Of a DNA stretch of 64,000 bases, positions 19,452 to 29,044 are shown piece by piece. The position numbers and the translations under genes are program-made. This stretch comes from Armatimonadota bacterium (GTDB lineage Bacteria > Armatimonadota > HRBIN16). The notes under the pieces are model-generated. The model ran no database searches, was not told the DNA's origin, and saw only the letters and a list, made by a program, of their open reading frames with translations. The first letter of the stretch is position 1. The number at the start of each line of letters is the position of its first letter. The stretch lies in contig OY781964.1 in assembly GCA_963677485.1 (NCBI GenBank), forward strand, positions 288,001 through 352,000, in the 5' to 3' direction.

Positions 19452-21338
19452 ATGAAGAGTAGTTCGAAAGTGATAGTGGCAGGATGTCTCGCATTATCCT
19501 GCGCGTTGGCGGTGACCATAAACTCCGCAAAAACAACGCAGAAACAAGGCTCGGTCACATCTGCTGTCAAAGCCGCAGGTAAAACTAAGTCAGTACCGTT
19601 CATGATGCCAGAGTGTTTTTATTGGGATACCAATTACGTGGAAGTGGACCTCAAAGGCGTGCGTACGCCGAAGTTTCCTACCGCTACTGCAGCCTCAATC
19701 AAGGTTCGCGATGAAATCAAGAAGACTAAGCGGCCGATATTTCTCATATGGAGCCGGAATAAGGCAGCCGATTTTCCGGCCTTAAGTGATCCTCGCGTGC
19801 AGCAACTGCTGGCTAAGGAATACTATGTCGTTCGAGTGGCTGGCATAGGCGGCCACTACTATGTGACCGACAATGAGATTCAGACTCGATTTTGGGATAC
19901 CCGAATGTATTGTGTAGGTAACAGTCGGTTCGGCTTCTATCGCGAGTGGAGCGCTTCAATGGATGGCGATACTCTGTTAGCCGAACTGACAGAGGCAAAC
20001 GACCACCTAAAGGGCAGAGGCTTCTACGCCGACACATCGAAGCTTCCATCACCAGATATCACACCGTTTATCGAAGACGCAGTCGCAATCGCTAAGAAGA
20101 AAAACCACGCGATCGTAATAAGTCTATATGCTTATCGATGCCCTCCCAGCAATACGTTCGACAGGAATGTCATCAATTCCGCGCGTGTGCTTACCTACAT
20201 GGCCAACACGGCTGTTCTGTGCAGACTAGACGCTGATAATGAAGGCAGTACTGTGATGGACAGAGCAGGACTATATGACTTCCCAGCCGTGCTGGTTTTG
20301 TCTCCACAAGGCCGCATCACATCAATGTATGATGGCAATGATAATGGAACCGAGTTCGTGAAATATCTAAAGAAGGCTGTACCCGCCGCGATCAAAGCGA
20401 CCAAAGGCATCGATGTGAGCGATATTCCCTGTAAGTGGATGCCAGGATGGGGACATGACTATGATAAAGCGGTCTTGAACGCCCGAAAGAACAACCGAAA
20501 GATACTGGTTTATATAGATGACCACGGCTGGTGGTCATACCGTGTCAAATACGGGGATCGAGGCCTAGCGACAGCCGACACGAAGAATAAGCTGCAGGGA
20601 TATGAGTTGCTACAGGTCGAACCTGCGAACAACCCTCTAGCGACGCCATACAAACTGGGCGTTTCGCCTTTCGCTTCTGTCATCGACCCAGACAAGAATA
20701 TCTGTCTCTATGACGGTTTTACAGAGTTCAGTCACATGCAGTATTTACCTGAAGCCAGTAAGCTGGACACCACACGTGAGGACGCTGAGGTGTTGCGGCG
20801 GATCCAGCTCAACCCAGTCACATTGGAGCCGATCGAACCACGCGACCCAAAAATCGACAAAGAGAATTCAGATGATCCAAACTGGCTTCCAGAGACGCGT
20901 CTCGAAATTCTTACTCGTCATTACGTGTACAGATTCAAGCCAGAACTGGCCTATAGGGCACTGCTAGAGTATGTGAAATGGTCCGACATTCGAAAGACCG
21001 AACGATATTTCGCTCCTGAGTTCGGGTCGCAAATATGCAGGCAGTTTACGAATCTCGGGCAACATGACCGTGCCATAGCAGCAGGAGAGCTTGCGGTCAA
21101 GCTGATTGCTCCGGGGCGAGACGCTGAATACCGGCTAGAACCATACTACTTCCTGGGGAAGGCATACGTCATGAGCGGGCAGCATCTCGATAAGGCACGC
21201 AAGCTGCTCGAGCTCACGAGCAAAATCACGGACGACCATGCGGGATACAACACTCGCAGACTGGCTGATTCTGCCGCAGCACTACTTGCCGAGATCGACA
21301 AGATTGAGGGTAAGAAAGCGGGCGCTCCTGCTAAGTAG
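19452..21338 (+). CDS. Exported multi-thioredoxin-fold + TPR-like protein, paralog 1
   Basis: Signal peptide, Trx-like LYAYRCPPSNTFDRNV...FPAVLVLSPQG, a second Trx-like module W-GHDYDKAVLNARKNNRKILV and helical TPR-like C-terminus (YYFLGKAY). Start ATG 19452 behind GGAGGG. Confidence 0.75.
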   Translation: MKSSSKVIVAGCLALSCALAVTINSAKTTQKQGSVTSAVKAAGKTKSVPFMMPECFYWDTNYVEVDLKGVRTPKFPTATAASIKVRDEIKKTKRPIFLIWSRNKAADFPALSDPRVQQLLAKEYYVVRVAGIGGHYYVTDNEIQTRFWDTRMYCVGNSRFGFYREWSASMDGDTLLAELTEANDHLKGRGFYADTSKLPSPDITPFIEDAVAIAKKKNHAIVISLYAYRCPPSNTFDRNVINSARVLTYMANTAVLCRLDADNEGSTVMDRAGLYDFPAVLVLSPQGRITSMYDGNDNGTEFVKYLKKAVPAAIKATKGIDVSDIPCKWMPGWGHDYDKAVLNARKNNRKILVYIDDHGWWSYRVKYGDRGLATADTKNKLQGYELLQVEPANNPLATPYKLGVSPFASVIDPDKNICLYDGFTEFSHMQYLPEASKLDTTREDAEVLRRIQLNPVTLEPIEPRDPKIDKENSDDPNWLPETRLEILTRHYVYRFKPELAYRALLEYVKWSDIRKTERYFAPEFGSQICRQFTNLGQHDRAIAAGELAVKLIAPGRDAEYRLEPYYFLGKAYVMSGQHLDKARKLLELTSKITDDHAGYNTRRLADSAAALLAEIDKIEGKKAGAPAK

Positions 21339-21497
21339 TTGAGTTCGTCGGCAAACAAGCCGCGACCTGTTCGAATGCGGTGTGGGCCGGATGCACCAGA
21401 TCCGGTCCCATCGCAGTGTTCACAGCAACATTTCGCCGTGTGTTTAGTAATCTATTCAACGCTTGCCAATCACGTTCCTATATCATTGGAGGGTCAT

Positions 21498-23342
21498 ATG
21501 CCATCTTGTGCGCTAAAAACAGCCATCGTGAGCTGTATACTGCTTACCAGTGTTTTCAGTGTGACGTCCGCAAATGCTCAAAATGCTAACACCAAAGCGT
21601 CGACATCATACCACATGCCCACGTGCTTCTATTGGGACAAAAATATGGCCACAGAAGTCAATGGGGTCTATACTCCACAATTACCGAAAATGACGGTCAT
21701 GTCGACAAAGGTGCGCAAGGAGATCGCGCAGACCACCCGCCCGATATTCCTGATCTGGAGCCGTCAGCAGTCAGCCGATTTTGCTGCCCTACGTGACCCC
21801 CGGGTCCAGCAGTTGCTTGCCAAAGAGTTCTATGTGGTGAGAACTGCAGGCATAGGCGGTCACTACTATGTCACTAACACGATGATACAGACTGAGTTTT
21901 GGGGCAATACGGCATATGCAGTTGGGAATAAGCAGTTTGAGCTCTGTAGGGAATGGAGCGGACGGCTTGATGCAGATACCCTGTTAGCTGAGTTGAAAGA
22001 TGCAGCCGACCTCGTACATTTGAGGGGATTTTACGCCAAGAAATACATCTTTAAGGATCTCAAAGTCACGCCGTTCTTTGAAAATGCCTTAGAGTTGGCG
22101 AAACAGAAGAACTGGCCTATCGTGCTGAGCTTATACGCATATCGATGTCCTCCGAGTAATACCTTTGACCGGAATGTCATCAATTCTGGACGGGTTTTGG
22201 AGTATATGACGAACAGAGCTATCCTGCTCCGGCTTGATGCTGATCACGAGGGCTCCGCATTCATGGATCGGGCCCGACTGGAGGATTTTCCTGCCATCAT
22301 AGTGCTGTCGCCGAAAGGTGTGGTCTCATCAATGTATGAAGGTGATAATACCAGCACAGAGTTCCTGAGCTACCTCAAGAAGGCAGTCCCTGCAGCCGTT
22401 AAGACACGATCGGGTATAAATATGAGCGGCATTCCTTGCCGTTGGATACCGGGCTGGGAACATGACTTCCAAACGGCTTTGGCGAAGGCCAAGAAGACAG
22501 GACGCAAGATGTTTTTGTTTGTGGATGACCATGGATTTGCGGCCTACCGGGCGAAATTCGGCGAGTCAGGTTTTGATTCACCAGGGATGAAAAAGATATT
22601 GGACGGTTATGTACGGGTTCAGATCGAATCATCTAAAGATAATCCCCTGCTGAAGTACTACAAACTGACATCTGCTCCCATGGATGCGATACTCGATACC
22701 AGCATGAAGATATACTATTACAAAGATTATCTGCGCACAGGATATTACAGCAACTTCAGGCCTGCCAACCGGATCGACACCACAAAAGAGGATGCAGAGT
22801 ATCTGCGCCGTCTGCAGCTTAATCCCGTTACGTTAGCACCAATTGTGCCCCGCGATCCAAAGATTGACAAACTGAATGCCGATACCCATTGGGATCGGAG
22901 AATTGCTTATGAACAGTATACTGCCCACTGCATGATGCAGTTCAAAACGGAGCAGGCATACCGGTCGCTGTTGGAACACATCAAATATATGGAGACACTC
23001 AAGCAAAAGACGGATTTGGTATACGAAGTGGCCGCTCAGTTGTGTAGACAGTTTACTAACAAAGGCAAATATGATCGTGCCTTCGCAGCGGGCGAGCTCG
23101 CATTGAAATACATCGATAGGTTCACCGATCCTGGAGATACCATTATGGTGTATTACTATCTCGGCAAAGCTTATGTACTTGGGAATCAACATCCTGACCG
23201 GGCACGTGATCTGCTGGTTCGAGTCAAAAAAATGTCATCACAGCGTTTTAGTGAGGACTTCTCACCCGTAGTGATGTCGGCTGATATGTTGCTAGCTAAG
23301 CTGAACAAGAGCAAGGGTAAGAGACCAGTAGCACCAAAATAA
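21498..23342 (+). CDS. Exported multi-thioredoxin-fold + TPR-like protein, paralog 2
   Basis: Collinear with the upstream gene (identical SLYAYRCPPSNTFDRNVINS, DPRVQQLLAKE, QLNPVTL, PRDPKIDK). Start ATG 21498 behind GGAGGG. Confidence 0.75.
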   Translation: MPSCALKTAIVSCILLTSVFSVTSANAQNANTKASTSYHMPTCFYWDKNMATEVNGVYTPQLPKMTVMSTKVRKEIAQTTRPIFLIWSRQQSADFAALRDPRVQQLLAKEFYVVRTAGIGGHYYVTNTMIQTEFWGNTAYAVGNKQFELCREWSGRLDADTLLAELKDAADLVHLRGFYAKKYIFKDLKVTPFFENALELAKQKNWPIVLSLYAYRCPPSNTFDRNVINSGRVLEYMTNRAILLRLDADHEGSAFMDRARLEDFPAIIVLSPKGVVSSMYEGDNTSTEFLSYLKKAVPAAVKTRSGINMSGIPCRWIPGWEHDFQTALAKAKKTGRKMFLFVDDHGFAAYRAKFGESGFDSPGMKKILDGYVRVQIESSKDNPLLKYYKLTSAPMDAILDTSMKIYYYKDYLRTGYYSNFRPANRIDTTKEDAEYLRRLQLNPVTLAPIVPRDPKIDKLNADTHWDRRIAYEQYTAHCMMQFKTEQAYRSLLEHIKYMETLKQKTDLVYEVAAQLCRQFTNKGKYDRAFAAGELALKYIDRFTDPGDTIMVYYYLGKAYVLGNQHPDRARDLLVRVKKMSSQRFSEDFSPVVMSADMLLAKLNKSKGKRPVAPK

Positions 23343-23367
23343 AGTGCCCTACCGACCGCGCCGATTG

Positions 23368-23405
23368 CCTGACCACTCATCACCGACTGATGAGTGGTCA
23401 GTTTC
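23368..23405 (+). terminator. Probable intrinsic terminator
   Basis: CTGACCACTCATCA-CCGAC-TGATGAGTGGTCAG-TTT. Confidence 0.7.
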
Positions 23406-23540
23406 GCTAGACCATAAACAGCATGATGAGAACGAAGATAGAATGTGGTGGTTTGGGAGCATGTCAAGCGTTCTCGTTCGTATAATATAGAGTATCCTAT
23501 ATATGTACCCGATGATATTCACGTGGATGGGGTTTCCGGT

Positions 23541-24455
23541 TTGCACTTTTATCAAAGCATTATTCACTCATTATCTGCAATGAATTTAAGAGCCTCAGTT
23601 GTCATGGTCATTGACATTCTGCTGGTTAGTTATCTGTTGTACCGCCTCATCCTGCTGGCAAAAGGCACACGCGCATGGCAGCTTTTCTATGGGTTGTTTC
23701 TGTTCTTGTTCATGGTATACATCAGCGGTAAGCTGGAGCTGAATACGTTGAACTGGGTGCTGCAGCAAGTATTGCCTTTAGGACCTGTCGCTTTAGTCAT
23801 CCTCTTCTACCCAGAGCTGCGCCACTTCCTTGAGGTAATCGGCCGGCTGGGTCTATGGGGCCAGCAAGCCATCAGCCCTATCAACAAGGAACACCTGCAT
23901 CCGGTAGTCAATGAAATTGTCTCCGCCGCATGTACCATGGCGAAAGACCGCACCGGCGCGCTGATTATCTTTGAACCATACGCGGAACTTGACCACTACC
24001 TCAGTCCTGGAACGCCGCTTGATGCCAAGGTGACCGCAAAACTATTAACGGCCCTGTTCTACACCGGAAATCCGCTGCACGATGGAGCGGTGGTGGTTGT
24101 GAATGACCGAATAGTATGCGCAGGTGCGACCGTGCCATTTTCGGAAAACCAGCATATTGACGAAGCGGTTCATATGCGCCATAAGGCGGCGATCGGGGCC
24201 TCGGAACACGGTGCCGTGGCCTTGGTGGTGTCTGAGGAAAGCGGGATCATCTCGCTGGCGTTTGAAGGCAAGCTGCAGCGGGGTTTCCGAGATGATGCAC
24301 TGCGCAAACGGCTGATTGAGCTGTTGGGGCCTTCACAGAATGCCCGTCATCTTGACACACTGAGCAGCAGCGCGCTGCGACAGGGTCTGCTCGCCTTTTT
24401 CAAGTTGTTCAGCAGGCATCCTAAAACCACCGACAGCAAGAAGGAGGAACGCTAA
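23541..24455 (+). CDS. cdaA: Diadenylate cyclase CdaA/DacA
   Basis: IDILLVSYLLY, KGTRA, ILFYPELR, TGALII, PLHDGAVV, RHKAAIG and VVSEESG; three N-terminal TM helices. Start uncertain (TTG 23541 or ATG 23580). Confidence 0.92.
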   Translation: MHFYQSIIHSLSAMNLRASVVMVIDILLVSYLLYRLILLAKGTRAWQLFYGLFLFLFMVYISGKLELNTLNWVLQQVLPLGPVALVILFYPELRHFLEVIGRLGLWGQQAISPINKEHLHPVVNEIVSAACTMAKDRTGALIIFEPYAELDHYLSPGTPLDAKVTAKLLTALFYTGNPLHDGAVVVVNDRIVCAGATVPFSENQHIDEAVHMRHKAAIGASEHGAVALVVSEESGIISLAFEGKLQRGFRDDALRKRLIELLGPSQNARHLDTLSSSALRQGLLAFFKLFSRHPKTTDSKKEER

Positions 24456-25399
24456 TGCTCTCTTCATTTAAAGATAATCTGACTGAGAAGATCATGGCGT
24501 TTGTTTGCGCGTTGCTGCTGTATTTCTACGTGGTGGCCGCCAAAAACCCAGTCATGACTCAAAACCCGGTGGTGCGCGTCAATATCTCCAAACTGCCTAA
24601 TGGCTACAGTTCAGAGATGATGCCGAATGAAGTATCGGTGCGCCTAAGCGGACCCAAGAACCTATTGAACCAGATCGACATACAGAATCTGCGTGCAACC
24701 GTCGCGGGACAAAGCCTGCGTGAAGATGAAGGCGGCGTACAGGTGCCTGTGCATCTGAATATCCCTGAGAATTTAGTGCAGCAACTGGACATCTCCATCC
24801 AGCCAGCCACGGTCAACGTGCGGATTCGGCGGATGGGCCAGCGCGAGATGCCGGTGGAATGCCTGTTTATCAATACGCCGGAAAGCGGATATGTCTATTC
24901 AAAGCCAGCTCTCAACCCTGGTAACCTGCTGGTTTCCGGCCCTTCAGACCTGTTGAAACGGGCGAAACGGATCGTGGTAAGTGCGGTGCCAAGCCGGCCG
25001 GGAGCTGCCATTGACGAACAGTTGCCGGCCATTGTGGTGGATGGAAAAAACAACCCCATCAGCGGTCTGACCGTGCAGCCCAATAAGGTCCGCGTAGTGA
25101 TCGCCCTATCGCCACGGCAACTCTCGGTCGCATCACGGGTCTATCCGCAGTTGATGGGCCAACTTGCCGAGGGGTATGAAGTCTCGCGCATCATCGCCAC
25201 GCCGGGCGAAGTTCTAGTGAGTAACGGTGGTGAAAGCAGCTCTGGTAATATCATCTACACAGAACCCATCAGCGTGGAGGGATTGAGTCAGTCCTTCACC
25301 ACTAAGGCGAAACTCAAAATCACCGCTGGTACCAGTGTGATAGGAGATGATATGGTCAAAGTTGAGGTGCAGATCAAGGGCAAGGCGGCATCCAACTAA
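24455..25399 (+). CDS. cdaR: CdaR / YbbR-domain regulator
   Basis: N-terminal TM (KDNLTEKIMAFVCALLLYFYV), repeated YbbR modules (VSVRLSGP, LLVSGP); coupled to cdaA. Confidence 0.88.
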   Translation: MLSSFKDNLTEKIMAFVCALLLYFYVVAAKNPVMTQNPVVRVNISKLPNGYSSEMMPNEVSVRLSGPKNLLNQIDIQNLRATVAGQSLREDEGGVQVPVHLNIPENLVQQLDISIQPATVNVRIRRMGQREMPVECLFINTPESGYVYSKPALNPGNLLVSGPSDLLKRAKRIVVSAVPSRPGAAIDEQLPAIVVDGKNNPISGLTVQPNKVRVVIALSPRQLSVASRVYPQLMGQLAEGYEVSRIIATPGEVLVSNGGESSSGNIIYTEPISVEGLSQSFTTKAKLKITAGTSVIGDDMVKVEVQIKGKAASN

Positions 25400-26478
25400 T
25401 GCGAGTGCTGCATGTATGTCGTCCGGCTGTGGGCGGAATACAACGTTGGCTTACAGAAATGCTACCCCGCCTGGAACAGGCGGGGTTTTTCATAGGTTTG
25501 GCCTGCCCGCAAGCCTTACACCAATCCCTTCCTGACATCAAATGGCGCAGTTGGGAAGTGCTTGATCGGCCATCGAAACACGACCTCGTGCTATCTCTTC
25601 GCCTGCTGATGGAGGGGCGGCACTACGACTTGCTGCACGTCCATGGACTACGATGTTTTGGCGTGTGCTGCATGATGCCCTCTGAGAATATGATATTGAC
25701 CCTACACAACATGCCTCCCGCCCATCTCAGCAGAATCAAGCGCAAGCTCCTTCAACGTGGGTTGGTGAGGTGTCGGAAGGTGGTCTGTGTTTCGCAGGCC
25801 GTGAAGCAGGCTTGGCTTGAGATGTTTCCTGAGTGCGAACCCATCTGCTGTGTTCTACCCGGAGGGGTTCCTGCCGAGGGTAAGATGAATGAGGGCTTAC
25901 GAAGCGAGCTTGAAGCGCGGCTGGTGCCAAAGGACGGCTCACCGTTGCTGATCTGCGTGGCCCGGTTGATGCCCGATAAGGGTGTTGACATTCTTATTCA
26001 GGCGATTTCCCAAATACCTGAGCTGCGGCTTGTGGTGGTCGGTGATGGCCCCGACATGGCGAGTTTACGCGCGATGGCGGATGAGGTTGCCCCTGGGCGT
26101 GTGACGTTTGAAGGCAGCCAGCATCAGATCACTGAATATCTGGCGATTGCCGACCTCGCCTGCGTGCCCAGTAGGCGTGAAGGGCAAGGACTGTTCCCGC
26201 TTGAGGCGATGCGGGCCGAGTTGCCTGTGGTGGTCAGTGACTCGGGAGGGCTTCCCGAAAGCGTGACCGACGGCTTGACCGGCTGGGTGTTTCAAGCCGG
26301 TGATGTGGACGATCTGGTTCGTGTGTTATATCGTGCGTTACGACATCGAGACACGTGGTCCGCCATGGGCAAGGTTGGTAAAGCCGATGTGGCCAATCGG
26401 TTTGGCTGGGAGAAGCTCTGCAGCGAACTCGCAGAGATATACCGAAATTCGATCAGGAGAAGATCAATTGATAGTTGA
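25399..26478 (+). CDS. Glycosyltransferase family 4
   Basis: MRVLHV...GG, VARLMPDKGVDILI, VVGDGP and PSRREGQGLFPLEAM...GGLPESV. Confidence 0.9.
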   Translation: MRVLHVCRPAVGGIQRWLTEMLPRLEQAGFFIGLACPQALHQSLPDIKWRSWEVLDRPSKHDLVLSLRLLMEGRHYDLLHVHGLRCFGVCCMMPSENMILTLHNMPPAHLSRIKRKLLQRGLVRCRKVVCVSQAVKQAWLEMFPECEPICCVLPGGVPAEGKMNEGLRSELEARLVPKDGSPLLICVARLMPDKGVDILIQAISQIPELRLVVVGDGPDMASLRAMADEVAPGRVTFEGSQHQITEYLAIADLACVPSRREGQGLFPLEAMRAELPVVVSDSGGLPESVTDGLTGWVFQAGDVDDLVRVLYRALRHRDTWSAMGKVGKADVANRFGWEKLCSELAEIYRNSIRRRSIDS

Positions 26479-26923
26479 CACGACGGACAACCTTGAGCAG
26501 TTAAGAAGCATCAGTCCGCTCACCTCGAAGGCTGTCGACTGGCTGCAGAACACCGATTTGAGTGCCCTTGCGGACGGCAGCTACGAGCTTTGCGGGCGCG
26601 ATTTATACGTGAGTGTTCAGGAACGTGACACCAAACCTGCAGATGAAGGGATTTGGGAGTCCCACCGGCTATATCTCGACATCCAGGTGGTGATTGAGGG
26701 CCGTGAGCTGATGGGCTATTGCCCCGTTGGCCGCCTGAGCTCCAACGTTCCTTACAGCGAGGAGAAGGACATCGAGTTCTACGCTGGAGCCACCGAGAAC
26801 TTGTGCCTGATTTACCAGGGGATGTTTGCAGTTTTCCTACCCCAGGACGCGCACATGCCCAACATCACCGCAGGTAAAGGCGCAGAGCGCGGCAAAAAGC
26901 TGGTCGTGAAGGTGCGGCTGTAG
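26468..26923 (+). CDS. YhcH/YjgK/YiaL family protein
   Basis: WESHRLYLDIQ, DIEFY, FAVFLPQDAHMP and KKLVVKV. Start TTG 26468 (MIVD) behind AGGAGA rather than the ORF-track start. Confidence 0.9.
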   Translation: MIVDTTDNLEQLRSISPLTSKAVDWLQNTDLSALADGSYELCGRDLYVSVQERDTKPADEGIWESHRLYLDIQVVIEGRELMGYCPVGRLSSNVPYSEEKDIEFYAGATENLCLIYQGMFAVFLPQDAHMPNITAGKGAERGKKLVVKVRL

Positions 26924-27010
26924 GGGCTGGGTCTCCCAGCCCTACCATTCATGATCGGTCCGATCCGACCGATCCGTCCGATGTCCGGATTGCCTGAACC
27001 GCGGATGACG
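26920..27010. repeat. GTAG-type REP-like hairpin plus micro-repeats
   Basis: GTAGGGGCTGGGTCTCCCAGCCCTAC, TCGGTCCGATCCGACCGATCCGTCCGAT and GAACCGCGGATGACGC. Confidence 0.75.
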
Positions 27011-27161
27011 CTCGCTTGAACGCAAAGGTTCTGACCGACGCGGTTCGTCGGAACAATTACGCCTGCTATGAAGACAGATTCCGACATTTCGGCTCAGTAG
27101 TGCCGCCACATTACCTCTACATGCCCATTCATTGGCATACACATCTGAAAATCAAACACCC

Positions 27162-27215
27162 TTGACACCTACTACGCAATGCGATATAGTGCATCTACTA
27201 TGCAATACATAGTAG
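27162..27215 (+). promoter_or_regulatory. Sigma70-type promoter with a palindromic (probable PadR) operator
   Basis: TTGACA (27162-27167)-N17-TATAGT (27185-27190); inverted repeat CTACTATG-N5-CATAGTAG at 27195-27215 running into the RBS; weaker copy CTACTACGCAATGCGATATAG in the spacer. Confidence 0.85.
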
Positions 27216-27223
27216 GAGGTTGA

Positions 27224-27583
27224 TTGTTGAAAGCATGGATTACGCAGCTAAGGAAGGGCCTTTATGAACTTCTGTTGTTAAATGTCATAGCCAGAGGAGA
27301 AAGTTATGGTTATGAAATTGTGCAGCAGCTACGACGGGTTAGTGCATTCCAAGTGACTGAAAGCACAGTCTATCCAATTTTAGAACGACTGCACAAAGAC
27401 GGGTATGTCGGCGTCAGGCGAGAACCGTCTCCTACTGGCCCGATGCGACGTTACTATTCACTCACGACGGCAGGCAAATATCGCATTGCAGAAATGAATG
27501 ACTACTGGGACAGCCTAAACAAGTCAGTTGCCGAACTGAGAAATATGCCGAAAGGAGAATCACAAAATGAACAGTCCAGCTAA
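27224..27583 (+). CDS. PadR family transcriptional regulator
   Basis: QLRKGLYELLLL, SYGYEI, TVYPILERL and GPMRRYYSLTTAG. Confidence 0.93.
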   Translation: MLKAWITQLRKGLYELLLLNVIARGESYGYEIVQQLRRVSAFQVTESTVYPILERLHKDGYVGVRREPSPTGPMRRYYSLTTAGKYRIAEMNDYWDSLNKSVAELRNMPKGESQNEQSS

Positions 27584-28112
27584 GGATATCGATGTATATC
27601 TTCGGAACGTAAAGAATCGCCTGGGGCATCTGCCGAAAGACGAGGGTTCGGCAATCCTCGACAATCTGGAGGTGCAGATACAGGAAGCTTTAAACACCCG
27701 TTGTAAAGGAGTGATACCTACACAAGAGGATGTGAAGGCAGTACTGGCGGAGATGGACTCGCCGGAAGCCTTTGATAATGTGTCCTCAGAGGTTCCAGGA
27801 TCAGGACCCAGACCAGTCGTCGGCAAGGTAGCCTTATACATATCGATCGTCGGAATTGTCCTGTCAATGATGATGGCGATGGCGATTGTATTTAGTGGTT
27901 TTAACGCGAATCAGGGATCTAACGCCGGATTCGTAGTTGCGCCAGTAGGGTTCATCGCCAACTTGGTCGTTCCATCACAGATACTTGCGCTCATCGTCGC
28001 CGCATTCTCAAAAGGTGACAGGCAAGGCAGAAAAGCGATCGTTATTTCGTTATCGTGTCTCGTTCTGTTGTGGGTAATGTTTCTAGCAACGATGGTCCTC
28101 TCGCATGCGTGA
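27567..28112 (+). CDS. HAAS-domain (DUF1700-like) membrane protein, PadR partner
   Basis: YLRNVKNRLGHLP...ILDNLEVQIQE...VLAEMDSPE followed by three TM helices; typical PadR partner. Confidence 0.75.
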   Translation: MNSPAKDIDVYLRNVKNRLGHLPKDEGSAILDNLEVQIQEALNTRCKGVIPTQEDVKAVLAEMDSPEAFDNVSSEVPGSGPRPVVGKVALYISIVGIVLSMMMAMAIVFSGFNANQGSNAGFVVAPVGFIANLVVPSQILALIVAAFSKGDRQGRKAIVISLSCLVLLWVMFLATMVLSHA

Positions 28113-28269
28113 CCCCCACCGCGGATTCGAACAGGCGTTTCCGTGATTAAGGAGCGGGTATGACTGCATGGATTTCATAGATGCACCTGTCTGCTCCGAA
28201 TATCCCTTACAAACACCATATTATAGGGGTATGATACCCTACCCTACATAGCCAGGATAGGTATAAATG

Positions 28270-28470
28270 TCTGAACCGCGGATGACGCGGATTTACAGGA
28301 TGGCGCGGATGGGGAGGGATGCCAATCGGGAGATTGGCGTTCCCAGGTAGGCCCACATATATTTGCGTGCCATGAATGGGGCGGGGAGACCCCGCCCCTA
28401 CGACTTTATGTGGCGACCGTAGGGGCGGGGTCTCCCCGCCCACACGCCCGCCCACACGCCCGGCCGCCCA
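28270..28470. repeat. Intergenic repeat mosaic with an inverted REP-like pair
   Basis: TCTGAACCGCGGATGACGCGGAT, GCCAATCGGGAGATTGGCGTTCCCAGG (28321-28347), and GGGCGGGGAGACCCCGCCCCTAC...GTAGGGGCGGGGTCTCCCCGCCC. Confidence 0.85.
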
Positions 28471-28488
28471 CATGCACCACCCCGCCGG

Positions 28489-28989
28489 TTACATTCTGGC
28501 GAGAAGCCACTTCTTGCTGATCTCGTCCATCTCTTTGAAGTTATGCACGTCGTAACGGGTGCCTTCAATGTCCACAATGGTAATGAAACCGGGCTTGGGC
28601 TGTTTCACGCTGTCGTTGAATCGGCGTACACGGAAGGTGACTGGCCCGCGGTTGGTCTCCACTTTCCACTCGGTGATGTCCACCCGCTCGCGCTTCGACA
28701 TATCGACGATACTGTGAATAGCGGTGATTCGCGGCGTGACGTATTGGGTATGCATCGCCTGCTTCAAAGCAGCCAGACTGTCCGCCTTCAACCCATCCAT
28801 ACTCTCCAGGAAAGCCACTTCCTTCTGCTCATGGTTGAGCAGCGAGATGAAATGATCTGGGTCGGAAAGCGGAAAGGACGAAGCCGGACTGACCGGCAGC
28901 CACTCCTCAGATTCCAACGGCAGGAACATCAGCCGGTCGTTCTCGAATTTCAACTGCACATCGGCAGGTTTCAGTGTCGGGTCATTCAT
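28489..28989 (-). CDS. DUF1854 family protein
   Basis: FPLSDPDHFISL, YVTPRITAI, WKVETNRGPVTF and IVDIEGTRY; downstream of an ABC exporter, as is typical. Confidence 0.85.
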   Translation of the reverse strand: MNDPTLKPADVQLKFENDRLMFLPLESEEWLPVSPASSFPLSDPDHFISLLNHEQKEVAFLESMDGLKADSLAALKQAMHTQYVTPRITAIHSIVDMSKRERVDITEWKVETNRGPVTFRVRRFNDSVKQPKPGFITIVDIEGTRYDVHNFKEMDEISKKWLLARM

Positions 28990-29044
28990 CGATTCGCCCC
29001 TCTCATCCCATCAGCCGCGGTTAATGGCATCGTGCAAGTCATCA

